From NCBI GenBank assembly GCA_964234715.1, contig OZ174287.1: DNA of 64,000 bases, one strand, 5' to 3'. The DNA is from Podarcis melisellensis (lineage: Eukaryota). A model generated the notes under the pieces. It worked only from the letters and a program-made list of their open reading frames with translations. It made no database searches and was not told the origin of the DNA. Below are positions 35,951-49,064 of this stretch, one piece after another (positions within the stretch are counted from its first letter, which is position 1; the number at the start of each line of letters is the position of its first letter). The translations under genes were made by a program, and so were the position numbers.

Positions 35951-38930
35951 GGTGGGGTGGGGGAGAGAGGTCACACCCACATCATACATTTAAAGCATAT
36001 GACTCCTCACAGAGCTACAATTCCCAGCACCCTTAACAAACTACACTTCCCATGATTCCTTGGGGGAAACCATGCTCTTTAAATGTATAGCGTGGCTGCG
36101 GCCAGAGATTAGGACGAGGGAACATTGCTTGTGGTTTTACTGGAAGTCTCTGCCTGGCCTGTTGCGTGAAACAGGATGTTTGCATTGGATCAACTTTTGG
36201 TGCGATCTGATAGGGTTCTTGTTTTCTGCGAGACAGAAATAATCACAAAGATTAGTTCTTCGCAGTGAATTCTGAAACACTGTTGGATCAAAAGGCCTGT
36301 CAAACAGGCCAGGAGTTTTATCTTCCTTATACCCTTAAAGGACATTCAAAACACATTCTTTTCATCAAAGAATTCTAAGCTTTGTAGTTTACCCCTCATG
36401 AGTTGCAGTTCCCAGAAAGCCTTAAGAAACTACACTGCCTCAAATTCCTTGAGGGGGAGGGGAATGTGCTTTTAATGTGCTTTAAAGCTCTAGTGTGTAT
36501 GCAGCTTTGGACAAATTCAATGTTATTCTTGACAAAGTAGCTAATGAGTTTTATTTCAGGATCCTGTCACCCCTACTGTTCCAACAGCTGGAAAGTTTTT
36601 TTCCTGAGTTATAATCAAAGCCCTTTCTCTTGCAAAGTCAGTGTGTTCCCTCATGTACAACCCTCCAATATTTCCCTCTCTTTTTCACCTCTCGCTCTAT
36701 ACATGCTCTGGTGCCATACTGCGGGCTGGAGTGGTGGGACTCAGGCTACCATTGGCTTACTTTCCATGATGTCACCCAGAGGGTAGGGCGTCCTGGGTTG
36801 AGACCTTGGACCTTTTTGGCCCAAATGCTTTCTTCTGCAGACAAGGGCAGATAAATCCATAGGGAAACAAATGATTGTTCTAGTAGCCCTTTCAAGGACA
36901 GGCTAATCAAGGCCATTTGGGTGATGTCAGAAGAAGCAGTTTGGTGGGAAGTCCCATGACTTCATGATGGGCTCGGGAGAGAGGATGTGACATTTCTCTT
37001 TGCTTCATCAAGAAAAAGTCTATGGGCTCACCACAGACTGTTTGCCAGGCTTCTCTTAATGTAGGGATTCATATATTTTCCCTGGAAAATCCAGCTGGAT
37101 TTCCATTTCTGGTATAACTTTTTCCATGTAACCACCCCCAAGCCTTCAGAAAAGAGACACCTCCAACTAGAGGATTAAACTGGTTTAACAGTCAATTCCC
37201 ATTCCAACAAAACCCTGGGAATTGTAATTATTTTGGAGGAAGGGGCTAGACACCTCAGCATCTTCACCAAACTACAGTTTCCAGAATTCTTTTTTTGGGG
37301 GGTGGGGGTGGGGGGGAGTAATGGCAGTTAGAGAGGTATAAAACAGTTTATATAGCCATGGCAGTATATTGACTGTTTTAGTTTTTTTCAGTTTTAGATC
37401 TGAAAAATACATCTGCACAGTTTAGAGTTCTGCTTCTGAGGCACCAAATGGACAGGTGGTTGGCAGTGAATGGAAAGTGGGATAGATAAAGTAATTGACA
37501 GGGAGTTGGTAAAAAGTTTCCATTGGGGAAGACCCGGCCTCAGCACCCAGCATGTCAGGGCAAATGTCAGGACCCTCCTGGATGGGTGCCACCATCCTTT
37601 CATATAAATTTTTCCTAAGCATTTCGATAGGGGAGCAACTGCTGCCACAGCCATCTTTATCACCTAGAATGTCTCTAGGCCTCAAGTCCATGGAACCCAA
37701 AGGCATTCTGAGGGGAGGGAAAGATGATGGCAGCTATAGCTGCTTTCCTCAGCTGCTGGTAACCTTCTGGGGTGTCCGAGTGAGGTTGTGGGGAATGAGA
37801 ATTGGTAGGGATGGGTGGTGGTGCTGAGCCCAACACGCAGCAGAGCAAGGGCAAGGCACTGGTGTCTTCATTTGTCTGGAAAGACCCACCAGCATGGCAG
37901 TGTGGAGGACTGGAGGAATAGCTTGCTGAGGACCCATTCACACTGGGCGCTGTAGGGCTAGATGTCAGGAGGTCTGCATGTGGGGAAAAGAGGAGACTGG
38001 AGTCACGTGGCTGGGAGGGTAAGTAGTACTGTAGTTTGTTAAGAGGATGAGGAGTGGAGGAATGTTTACGGTCATGAATGGAAGGAACGGTTTCTGCCCT
38101 AGTCTAGGGAAGTGTGTAGCCAGATTTGTGGTGGAACCGGATTAAACATGAAATAACAGATGACTGGAGAATGGTGCTGTAGGTCCTGAACAGATGTGTA
38201 AGGGCTGAAACCACAGAGAATTTGTTTACATTTGGGGGGTTGAAAAAAACACACACACACCTGACATCTGTCCTCCATTCTCTCTCATTGACTGCATCTC
38301 AGTCCCAAGATGTAGAATTCTGGAAGAAAATTTGAATGCTTGCTTATTTACTCTTACGCCCGGTCCTAGCGTTAGGCAGAGTGAGGCGGCTGCCTCAGGT
38401 GGTGGATGGTGGAAGACAGGCAATGGCAGCGAGGTGTTGGACAAAGCTGTGTGTCCCCTAGGGGTTTCTCTGCACCTCCTAAGCACGTATGCTGCCCTCA
38501 GGCAAGGTGGAGGAGGCTAGCCTGTCGCCTGCCTTCAGCTCTCAGGCTGCATATGCACCATGTCTTTAAAGCACATTGAAAGTACATTGATTCCCCCAAA
38601 GAACCCTGCGAATTGTAGTTTACCCCTCACAGAACTATACTTCCCAGCACCCTTAACATACTGCAGCGCCCAGGATTCTGCGTGGGGAAGCAAGATGCTT
38701 TCAATGTGTGATGTGTGTACAACCTAGTCTCATTTCTTCCTTACAAGTAATAGGAGGGTGCCATCTTGTATCAGGCAGCGAAAAAAGTTTGGGTCAGCCC
38801 AGCTGCTTTGGCTGATTCTTATAAATGCCATATTATGGGTTGTGGACAAACCTAGCTTTTGACATTTTAAAATGTGCTTTAGAGAAAGACCTTGTCCCCT
38901 TTCTTCCTCTGCCTCTTGCCTCCCCTGCAG

Positions 38931-39064
38931 ATGGTCTGTCCCAAGGCCGGGCTCCCCTGGCCCCTCCCTATGCTGTGGTCCTGATCTCCTGCTCAGGCTT
39001 GCTGGCCTTTATCTTCCTCCTCCTCACCTGCCTGTGCTGCAAGCGGGGCGATGTGGGGTTCAAG
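38931..39064 (+). CDS. LMTK3: LMTK3 exon 2 (transmembrane helix, palmitoylation-type CLCC motif)
   Basis: [45 protein letters not shown], recognisable as LMTK3; AG/GT boundaries. Confidence 0.97.
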
Positions 39065-40239
39065 GTGAGCCTGGTTGTGGGGATTTGAGGTGGTCATGGA
39101 ATGCTTTGGGGAAGGGATGTTGTTGTTGTTGTTATTTGCTGAAAGGCATTTGTGGCTTGTATTCTGTGAAGCTAAACAGCATCATGGTTTGGAGTGTACA
39201 GTTTCCTAAGCAAAACCTATAGCCCTCCCATTAGTCCCTGAAGGTCAGGGATGATGGGAGGGACACAAGTTCCCCATCCCTCATGTTGGTGAGAAGACCT
39301 TGTACCAGCGGTTAGCCCCATTGGGCATTTCCTGTGGGCCCCATTACTCTAAAGTGCTCCTCACCAGCCTGATCTGCTGCCCACTAGCTCACCATTGGGT
39401 CCAGCTCCACCGCATAGCAGTTGGCTAGCAACCTCCATCTCCTTGCTTGGGCACTGAGAAAGGGGCCAAAGGAGCTTTCTTCTCAGATTCTGGCATTCTT
39501 GGTGAGATGGCTAGGCATTGCCTGCGCTACTGCGGTGTGCTGTGATCGCTAAAAAGGCTTTTGAAAATCATTTATTTTTTTGAAAAAGTTAATAATCATA
39601 GACTTGTACAGTTGGGTCCAAGAGAATTGTCTAGTCCAACTCTCTGCAATGCACGATTCTTTTGCCCAAAGTGGGGCTCAAACCCACAACCGTGAGATTA
39701 AGAGTCTCATGCTGTATTAACTGAGCCGCAAGAGTAGAAAGGAGCGCCAGAGGTCAGTCCTCTGTGTTTAAAAAGTCTTTCGAGCCACCATGGCAAACCA
39801 CAGAAGTGACGGCGGAGGCATTCTCCAGGCCACCACATCACCAAAATGCTTGTGTCTATAAAGGATGTCTTTGGCCCTTTCTCAGAGCCCAGGTGCTGAG
39901 GGAGGTGCCAGCGAAGCTGTTATTGTAGCCGTGAAGAATGTTTTTAAACAGGATTAAGAGAGACGTCAGGGCGGAAGGGAAGAGGAGGGCGGCAGTGTTG
40001 TCCCACAAAGGGGAAGATCAGGTGCAGCAGGGGTACCTCTGGTGATGGTGGTGTTGCATTGGCCATGCCAAGGTCCCCATTAAACCTGGCACCAGCCCTG
40101 TTGGTGGGTTCTGATGCTTGGGGATGGCAAGGCCATGGGGAAACACTGAGGTTGCTAATTCAGGCAACAGACTGGGAAATAATGGGGAAACCAGCAGAAT
40201 ATCTTATCATCCTTACACTCACCTCTGCCCACCTGGCAG

Positions 40240-40390
40240 GAATTTGAGAACCCTGATGGAGAAGAATATTCTGGAGAATACACACCACCTGCAGAGGAGA
40301 CGTCCTCCTCTCAGTCTATCCCGGATGTCTACATTCTGCCTCTCTCAGAGGTCTCTCTCCCGTCCTCCAACCAGCAGATGCCCAAAACAG
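40240..40390 (+). CDS. LMTK3: LMTK3 exon 3
   Basis: [41 protein letters not shown]...; AG/GT boundaries. Confidence 0.96.
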
Positions 40391-40936
40391 GTAAGATTCA
40401 TTGGAGAGGGCATGCATGCACCTGCCTGTCTCTTTATCTGCTGATTTGCTACTGGGTTAGGTTCAAGGTACTTGTGTTTATCCACAAAGTCCTAAACAAC
40501 TTGGACTCAAAGTGCCTTGGGGACCACCTGATTCCTCATGCTCCACCTTGATCACTGGGATCCTCTGATGGGGCCCTTCTGTTGGCTCCCCATGGCCTTA
40601 AGGATCAGTTGGCCATCTCTAGGTCCCAGGCCTTTTGTATGGCAGACCTTGCCCTGTGGAACTGCCTACAAATGGAGGCTTGGCAGGAACCATCTCTCTC
40701 TTCCTTCAGACGTCGTTTGAAAACTTTTTCTTTTACAATATCCCCCCCTCCCCTCATAGCCAGCCAGTATTTACTGATATTTATTGCTGTTATTATGGCT
40801 CTTCTGATTTTACCCTTATATGTGTACTCTGCCTAGTTCTATTTTTATGGAAGTGTGGATTATAAATTTGTAAAAATAAACAAACAAATCCCACACCAGC
40901 TTGGCCCCATATAGATGGCAGACAAGCTAGAGGAGG

Positions 40937-41265
40937 TGAATGTTAGAAAGATGTTGGTTTAGAAATTAAGGGTTTTCAGCTGTAATGATTAAGTAAAAAG
41001 AAAAGAAAGGTTGAAAATTAAATGAAAACTAAGGGAGAGGATTTGCTGAATTAATAATTAGAAATTGGAATACAAAAAGGGGAGGTATGAGGAGGTCGGG
41101 GAAGTAAGTTATAAGAAAATAAGGGAATGAAACTTTACTTGTATTTAAATAGTTTTTAGTTTTGTATTTTTTTATATTTGTTATTTTTTGTGTTTGTGTT
41201 TTGTTTTTATTATTGTTTTTTCTGTATAACCTTTGAAACTTTAATAAATATCTTTTTTTAAAAAA
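40937..41265 (+). mobile_element. L1-type 3'UTR retroposed fragment
   Basis: AATAAA plus A tail; 17-bp TSD AGACAAGCTAGAGGAGG (40920-40936 and 41266-41282); resembles the 3'UTR of the 30996-31488 element. Confidence 0.7.
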
Positions 41266-41611
41266 AGACAAGCTAGAGGAGGAATGGGGAGCTTTTGGTC
41301 CGCCAACCCTGGCCATTTTCTGTGTTTCCTAGGGCTGATGGAAATTGTAGTTCAGCAACATTTGGAGGGCCAAAGGTTCTCCATTCTTGCCCGGAATGAT
41401 AGGTGGCCTACAAAGGGAGAAGCAGCGCTCATTATATTTGCCAGGAAGCTGGTACCATCCTGCCCCATCAGCTGCTGCTGCTAGCTTATGTCCCAGTAGC
41501 TTGTCTATTAACTTTTGAACGTGGGGGGGAAACGAAGTTGGGAGGTTCATGCTCAAGTCATTGGGCCATGACATTGACTTCTGTTACTGCCACGCTCTGT
41601 CTCTCTTTCAG

Positions 41612-41688
41612 ATCTAGTTAAACACTTGGGACTCAGCAGACAACACCTCAGTTATTTGCAGGAGATTGGAAATGGCTGGTTTGGAAAG
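41612..41688 (+). CDS. LMTK3: LMTK3 exon 4 (kinase Gly-rich loop)
   Basis: [21 protein letters not shown]; AG/GT boundaries. Confidence 0.97.
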
Positions 41689-42682
41689 GTGAGCAAAAGC
41701 TTGTTGTTGGGGATGTGATTTTTGTTGCGGGACCCAAGGTTCTTTCCTGCGGGCTTCAGTTTTATTCTGAGGGAATATGAAGAGCCACTGTAAGTTTAAA
41801 AATAGCAATAATTTGAAATATTATTATGAAGCTAACAACAACAACAACAGAGTAACAGGACACTTATGTAATGCAGATGCACAAAATGAAACAACAGTAA
41901 ATAAAACAACAACCATGGTTACATCCGCGCCATATATTTTAAAGCACATGGCTTCCACCAAAGGATCCTGAGAAGTGTAGTTTGTTAAGGTTGAAGGGAA
42001 TTGTAGCTCTGTGAGGGGTAAACGACAGTTCTGCAGATTCTTATGTCCTTTAAATGTGTGTTAAATGCTCTCTAACTGTGTAGTGTGGGTGTGACCAGTC
42101 AATTGCACAATACAGGAAAAATAAATAAATCTCAATATTGGGTGGAAAGGATAAAAGAAAACCTACAGCCATCTTACATTTAAATAACCAGGATCAAGAA
42201 GGTCCTCTCTCTCCAGTTGCCACCTGCCTAAATTTAGATTAGAGGGACATAGAGAGAAGCCTTCAAAAATGAACAGAAGGTTCAGTGAGTCTTGTGTGGT
42301 AAAAGGCGGTATCCGGACACAAAGCTGGGTAGGGCTTTATAGGTAATTACGAATTACCTTTGAATTGTGCCCAGAAATGAACTGGCAGTCAGAGTGGCCC
42401 TGTAACAACTGGTGAGATGTGTTCTGTTTAGTTGGTTCCAGGCTGCATACATATCCCTGGCTTAAATCGCTCCCAGGTCATTCTTTTTCTGAACTCTGAA
42501 GCTAGTTTGGAAGAGGAAAAAAAATGGATGTGCAATGTTTCATAAGAAATGACAGGATAGATATGGATCGTGGCCAATGTCGTGGACACCGCTTCCCTAA
42601 ACCAGTGGTAGGATCACACTGGATGGGAGCGTGTGTTCACAGCTCTGGTTAGTAACCGTTCCCCCCCCCCCCTGTTCCACAG

Positions 42683-42801
42683 GTAATCCTGGGTGAAATA
42701 TTCTCAGATTTCACCCCTGCACAGGTGGTAGTGAAGGAGCTACGGGTGAATGCTGGGCCACTGGAGCAGAGGAAATTCCTGTCAGAGGCCCAACCATATC
42801 G
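42683..42801 (+). CDS. LMTK3: LMTK3 exon 5 (VVVK catalytic lysine)
   Basis: [40 protein letters not shown]. Confidence 0.97.
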
Positions 42802-42994
42802 GTAAGAAGCAGGAGAAACTGAAGTGGGAGGAAGAAACAAGGGGCAAAATATCCCCATATAAACAGCTACCTTATTTTGAGGCGGCTGCTGCAAGAGCTA
42901 AAGCTGTCCATGATTCCAGTAAGTGTTATAACTCATGCCAGTCTCCCCAGTAGCCCATCATCATGTAATAGGGGAGACTCCAGTAACACAATTG

Positions 42995-43244
42995 CTGTTG
43001 TACCTCAGAAGTTGAACAGCTTAATTCCCAAACGTTTTGGCTCCCGAACACCCCAAACCCAGAAGTGACTGTTCCGGTTTGCGAACTATTTTTGGAAGCT
43101 GAACGTCTGACGGGGCTTCCGCGGCTTCCGATTGGCTGCAGGAGCTTCCTGAGGCCAATCAGAAGCTGTGCTTTGGTTTCCGAATGTTTTGGAAGTCGAA
43201 TGGACTTCCGGGACGGATTCCGTTCAACTTCCAAGGTACGACTG
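42995..43244. mobile_element. Tc1/mariner-type MITE (family A)
   Basis: Right TIR ccaaggtacgactg followed by TA; internal similarity to 8222-8448. Confidence 0.8.
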
Positions 43245-43353
43245 TACTCCCTGCTCTAAATAAAAAAGCCTGGCGGAACATAAGAAAAGGGAGGAGCATA
43301 GGAAAGAAGGAATCTTTTTTAAATGGATTTATACTCAACCCAGTCAAGCTTTG

Positions 43354-43608
43354 TGTTAAGTTGTGGGTGATGTGGGTGAACACAGCGATTCTTCAAACAG
43401 CTCTTGTTTATTCAGAGGCCAGAACAGAACTGAACTGAAGGGTTCAGCCAGCCTGCTTATATAGAGCTCCAGTACAACGTAACTGTAACAACTTTTTGTA
43501 ACTATCCAATCACTGAATGTTACTTTCGATCCCTTATTTGCATATGTGGACCTGAACTATCTACAGTATCCCCCTGCTGGCCCAGGGTGAGAACTTCAGT
43601 ACATAACA
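43354..43608 (-). mobile_element. Solo LTR (255 bp)
   Basis: TGTTA...TAACA termini; 5-bp TSD CTTTG (43349-43353 and 43609-43613); minus-strand TATATAA and AATAAA. Confidence 0.8.
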
Positions 43609-43793
43609 CTTTGCTTACTTTGGAATGTAGTGTCAGCTCTTTTTAATTTTATTTGCTAAAATGCAGTTGGGGTACACTTTCAGCCCTCGAAAACTGAGCA
43701 GAAACAGGTGCCGCCTCTTTGTGATGAATGGAACAAAACCTTCTTTTCCCCTCCTCTTTCTGCCCTTCTCTCCGTCCACCCACTTCCCTCAAG

Positions 43794-43881
43794 AAGCCTC
43801 CAGCATCCAAACATACTGCAATGCCTCGGTCTGTGCACAGAGACCATCCCTTTCCTGCTCATCATGGAATTCTGCCAGCTG
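43794..43881 (+). CDS. LMTK3: LMTK3 exon 6
   Basis: [29 protein letters not shown]; tandem AAGAAG acceptor. Confidence 0.96.
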
Positions 43882-44159
43882 GTAAGTATCCTTAAGCCGA
43901 GAGATGAATTTGGGTGGGAAAACACAAACGGGATAGATTGCTCTTGCCAGGGGTCCAAACAGATCGCTGTGGGGAGTGGTGGGAAAGGTTCTCCCAACAT
44001 CACTCCATCTGTTTGGCCATAGCTGCCAAGTGTCCTGGGAAAAAAGGGACATTCTGTTTTTTCACGTGAGGTTGGGGAATTTGCTTGGGTCTGTAGGAAA
44101 CTTTGTGCTAGCTTCGCTGACTTTGCTCGCCATCCCTTTTCTCACCCGTGTTCCTCCAG

Positions 44160-44308
44160 GGAGATCTGAAACGTTACCTTCGAGCTCAGCGCAAAGCAGA
44201 CGGGATGACCCCTGACCTGCTGACCCGTGACCTCAGCACACTACAGCGCATGGCTTACGAGATCACTCTGGGAGTGCTACATTTGCATAAAAACAACTAC
44301 ATCCACAG
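44160..44308 (+). CDS. LMTK3: LMTK3 exon 7
   Basis: GDLKRYLRAQRKADGMTPDLLTRDLSTLQRMAYEITLGVLHLHKNNYIH. Confidence 0.97.
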
Positions 44309-44451
44309 GTAGACCAGAGACCACGATCCTTGGGTTTTTCAGGAAATGTTGAGCTGTACGGAGCTGTGTATGGTTTAAGCTCTGGAACTCAAAAGGGTTT
44401 TGCTGATCAATGTGCATTTTAATGATTTGAAATGTAGTGGGTCGTACTCCA

Positions 44452-44848
44452 GACGGAGGTGGCGCTGTGGTCTAAACCACTGAGCCTCTTGGGCTTGCCA
44501 ATCAGAAGGTCGGTAGTTCGAATCCCTGTGATGGGGTGAGCTCCTGTTGCTCCATCCCAGCTCCTGCCAACCTAGCAGTTCGAAAGCATACCAGTGCAAG
44601 TAGATAAATAGGTACCGCTGTGGCAGGAAGGTAAATGGTGTTTCCATGCACTCTGCCTTCTATCAAGGTGTGAGGTTGCGCCAGAAGTGGTTTAGTCATG
44701 CTGGCCACATGGCTTGGAAAGCTGTCTGTGGACAAACATCGGCTCCCTTGGCCTGAAAGCAAGATGTATTCCACAGCCCCATAGTCGCCTTTGACTGGAG
44801 TTAACCATCCAGACGTCCTTTACTTTACTTTTACTTTAATTTACCTTT
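44452..44848 (+). mobile_element. Sauria SINE (second subfamily)
   Basis: Head ggtggcgctgtggtctaaacc, B box, (ACTTT)n tail. Confidence 0.9.
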
Positions 44849-45663
44849 GAGATACAAATTCAGTCCCGTTGAGTATAGCTTGAGCAGGTCGGGGCAGAAC
44901 AGATGTGTGAACCTGCCTATCTGCTAAGCTCTTCTGCTGAGGCCTTACTCGGAGTGTCTCACATTTGAAGGTGAGGGGGGCATCTAAAACAGGACTTTCC
45001 TCTGGTGCCACCCAAAGTTTGTAATGCTTTGTTGTCATTCAGCAGAGCAGTTGTAACTGGGGTGGGGAGTGATGGGTAAAGGCAAATTTTGTCTAGCTTC
45101 ATCTCAGCCTATCTTGTTTTTCGTTTGTTTTTAAACCCCTCCATAGGCTTCAGGGGTGGGAGATCAACTATGCCAGCTACAGGCTGGTATAGCTGATTAG
45201 CTTCATTCTGGGATTTTTTTGGGGGGTGGAAAAGCTTTGTATCCAGGGCCATTCCTGCTCTGCCCACCCCTGGCAAGAATGCATCATTTTACCAATAGAA
45301 TTACTGCTTTACACCATGGGATTTCCCATGGCATACAGGGGGGACACTGGGTTTGGCTCCCTGCAACAGAAAAACTCCTATCTGCCCCCTCCCTAGCCCC
45401 TTCCAACCAGTGGACCTGGTCTTGTGATGGTGTCCATTACAATTTTTTTCTACTGATTTCCCCCCCTATTTATCCAAGCTCTTGGTGGCACCTGATTAGT
45501 TAGTGCTATTCTGTTTATTTTGGGCCAATTGGCTGCATTAAATTAAATAAACAGAAAGGGAAAGCTGGTGAAGAAAGGTGCCCTTTACTCTCTCTCTCTC
45601 TCCATCCCCTGGCCCACCCACCTCCAAGCCGCCCTTACTGGGTATTTTTCTATCCCTCCCTAG

Positions 45664-45748
45664 TGATCTGGCCCTTCGGAACTGCTTGCTGACCTCTGAC
45701 CTCACAGTGCGCGTTGGAGACTACGGCCTGTCGCACAACAACTACAAG
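45664..45748 (+). CDS. LMTK3: LMTK3 exon 8 (catalytic loop, DYG)
   Basis: (S)[28 protein letters not shown]; DYG in place of DFG is typical of the LMTK family. Confidence 0.97.
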
Positions 45749-46176
45749 GTGAGGGGCGGGGCCATCCATGCCACAAGGCCCCTGCAGGTAGATTGAAATG
45801 TGTTTGCCCATGTCTGGTGACATCAGGTTTTTGAGGGTGATCCTCCGGCATAATTTCCAATCAGCGCATATATAGTAACTTCCTGCTGAAATCCCTTTTT
45901 TTTCTATCACAAAGGATCTGGTTTATTTTTGTCCTGCTTTTGTTGTTCTGTAGCAGTAAGGTGGTAGCATTGAGGAAGCATCACAAAACTGTTAATAAAG
46001 CAGACGAAATCAACCAGTAAATGCACCAATGTTGTGTCAGGGACATTTTGTGGAATATACGGTACCCACAGAAAGACACCTGCTTGGAAAGGCTCAACAC
46101 CCTATTTTCATCTGTGAAGCTTTGGAGAGTCTGCATCTCCAGTCCTGTTCCACCCATTCCTCATATCTGTTCATAG

Positions 46177-46298
46177 GAAGACTATTACATCACTCCGGAC
46201 CGGCTATGGATCCCTTTGCGCTGGGTTGCCCCAGAACTGTTGGATGAGATGCACGGAAGCCTCATTGTCGTGGATCAAACCAAGCAGAGCAATGTCTG
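46177..46298 (+). CDS. LMTK3: LMTK3 exon 9
   Basis: [41 protein letters not shown]. Confidence 0.97.
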
Positions 46299-46366
46299 GT
46301 GAGTTGCAAAGAGACACACACACCCCACACACCTGCGCTTGAGGGAATTCACAGCGCAACCCTATA

Positions 46367-46611
46367 CAGTGGTACCTCGGGTTACAGACGCTTCAGGTTA
46401 CAGACGCTTCAGGTTAAAGACTCCGCTAACCCAGAAATAGTACCTCGGGTTAAGAACTTTGCTTCAGGATGAGAATAGAAATTGTGCTGTGGCGGCGCAG
46501 CAGGAGGAGGAGGAGGCCCCATTAGCTAAAGTGGTGCTTCAGGTCAAGAACAGTTTCAGGCTAAGAACGGACCTCCGGAACAGATTAAGTTCTTAATCTG
46601 AGGTACCACTG
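46367..46611. mobile_element. Tc1/mariner-type MITE (family B)
   Basis: TIRs cagtggtacctc / gaggtaccactg with TA TSD. Confidence 0.88.
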
Positions 46612-46613
46612 TA

Positions 46614-46847
46614 CCTTGGTTCTCGAACTTAATCCGTTCTGGGAGTCCGTTCGACTCACGAAACCATTCAAAAACCATGCCACAGCTTCTGATTGGCTGC
46701 AGGAGCTTCCTGCACTCAAGTGGAAGCTACGCTGGATGTTCGGCTTCCGAAAAACATTCGCAAACCGGAACACTTACTTCTGGGTTTGCGGCATTCTGGA
46801 GCTGATTTGTTCGGCTACTAAGCCGTTCAGGAACCAAGGTTTGACTG
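46614..46847. mobile_element. Tc1/mariner-type MITE (family A), left end disrupted by the family B insertion
   Basis: ccttggttctcgaac...ccaaggtttgactg followed by TA. Confidence 0.8.
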
Positions 46848-48914
46848 TATGTCTATTCAGAAGTAAGCACCACCAAGTTTAACGGGGCTTACTCCCAGGT
46901 AACTGTGCAAAGGATTGCAACCTTAGTTTGCATTTTTGCACCCCTGGATCCAATTGGGCTAGAGCAGAAACAAACTTGGTTTTAAAATCCTCAAGGGAAT
47001 GCTCCGAACTTTGCTTACAAATATTAAAATTCATATCCACCATGTTCAGTGGTGGGGAACCACTGGCCAGTGGGCCTAATTAAGCCCAGCAGGCCTCATA
47101 TGACTCATGAGGCTGTTTCTGCTGAGTCATGACCATCTGTAAATATGTAGTAATGTGGGGTTTACAGGCACCACACGCCAGCTGATCTGTGCTTTTGCAA
47201 AAGCTGATCATCAGTACTTTGCCTGGCTGTGTGCCTTCAAAGCACATTTGCAGGCACTCTTTGGTGTCAAACCATACCTGCAAACGTGACATTTTCCCTC
47301 TTCATTTGCAAGTGCAGCCTGACTGCAACCCTCCCCTGTAAAGAAACTTCAAAGGGCGCTCTTTGAAGACGTACTGTCAGCCTCAAACAGCTGATTGGCA
47401 CTAACACCATGCCTTCAAAGGAGCTTACTCTCAGTACCCATCAGCTGATTGGTGCTGAGAGTGAGCCTTTTCCAATTGGTTACCTGATGTCATGACATCA
47501 GGTGATTGACAGGTGGGCACCCACTAGTTTAAAAATTGACCAGCAGGGGGTGAGGGGAGATAAGGGATCCAGCTGGATCCAGTTCAATTCTGACCTAGTT
47601 GATTTGAATTTTTAAAATAACATGTCTAGTTTATGGATGCTCTTTTGGTTTAGGGATTTTGTGAGAGTCTGGGAGCCTTATTGCTGTTTCACTTCTGCTT
47701 TGATTTCTGGTTGTGTTATTTTGTTGTTGTGTGCTGCTGTGTGATAATGTACTGTCAGCCTCTCTGTGGTCCCACTGAGAGAAAAAGGCAGGAAACAAAT
47801 ACAAAAAAACAAACATACACATAAATAAACCAACCCAGGGTATAGAATTTTCAATCTGGTATGTTAATACCTTATATTATTTCATGTAACACTTAGAATA
47901 ATTTATTGTTAATGCCCCTCAAAAACCAACATTTGTAATCTTGAAATTTCAGACATCTTCTTTTTTTAATGGTTACATTTGTATTTACAGGGAAAATGGT
48001 GTCTAGTGCCACCATATAAGCTCTCAATACTATCGTGTTCCTTTCCATCAGGTGTGAGGAACCTCTGGCCCTTCATATCTTGCTGAACTACAGCTCCCAT
48101 TACTTCTGACCATTGGCCATGCTTGCTGGGTCTGATGGGAGTTGTAGTCCATCAGCATCTGGGAGGGAGGGCAAATATTTTTTACCACTGCTTTACCCCT
48201 AAGGAGTGCGATAAAGGGGAAGACTGTAGTTTTGCAGACATTTAGGAAACGTACTATGTGTATTCTCAGGGACATCTTAATCTTCAGATGTTCTAAGACT
48301 CAACCCTAGGTATTGTACTTCAGTGATAGAGCCTCAGCCATAGGAACCAACTCCTAGGGGCCGAGGTCCCTTTGTCCACTCCCAAATAAATTATTCTAAG
48401 AGTAAATAAATAAACTGAGGGAGCCCTTGAATAAATTATTTGAGGATTCCCTTAGTTGATGGGCATTGCCATTCAAATGGTGTGTGATCAATTATGTGGG
48501 ATGGGACTTACCTGAACCCCCCAATATTTTATTCAAATTGGCACCCCTGGCTCTGCCTCGCATGCAGAAGCTACCAGGTTTGATCCCTGGTGTCTCCAGG
48601 TGTGAGCCTGGGAAAAGCTCCTCCCTGACACCTGCTGCCAATCAGACTAGAGGATACTGAGCTAGATGAGCCAATGGTTAGACTCCGTATAAGGCAGCTC
48701 CCTGCTTTCCTGAAACAAATCCCTGGGCTGCCATTTCCTTTATTGTCTGGGCTGAGATTCTTGGTTTTGTGGGGCTAAGCAAGAAAGGGTAAAAGGGGTG
48801 GGGTTATAAGGCCTCACCTATGGCACCTGCAATGATTTTCTTCTTTGTTTTCTGCTTGCTTTCTCTGGAGTCCATAGTTCTGGGCTTAATCTCTTTGTTC
48901 CCTTTGTTTGCCAG

Positions 48915-49064
48915 GTCTATGGGGGTGACCATCTGGGAGCTTTTTGAGTTTGGCTCCCAGCCTTACCGTCACCTCTCTGACGAGGAAGTGCTGACCTTTG
49001 TCGTCAAGGAGCAGCAGATGAAACTGGCCAAGCCACGCCTTAAGCTTCCTTACTCTGACTATTG
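48915..49064 (+). CDS. LMTK3: LMTK3 exon 10
   Basis: [50 protein letters not shown]. Confidence 0.97.
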
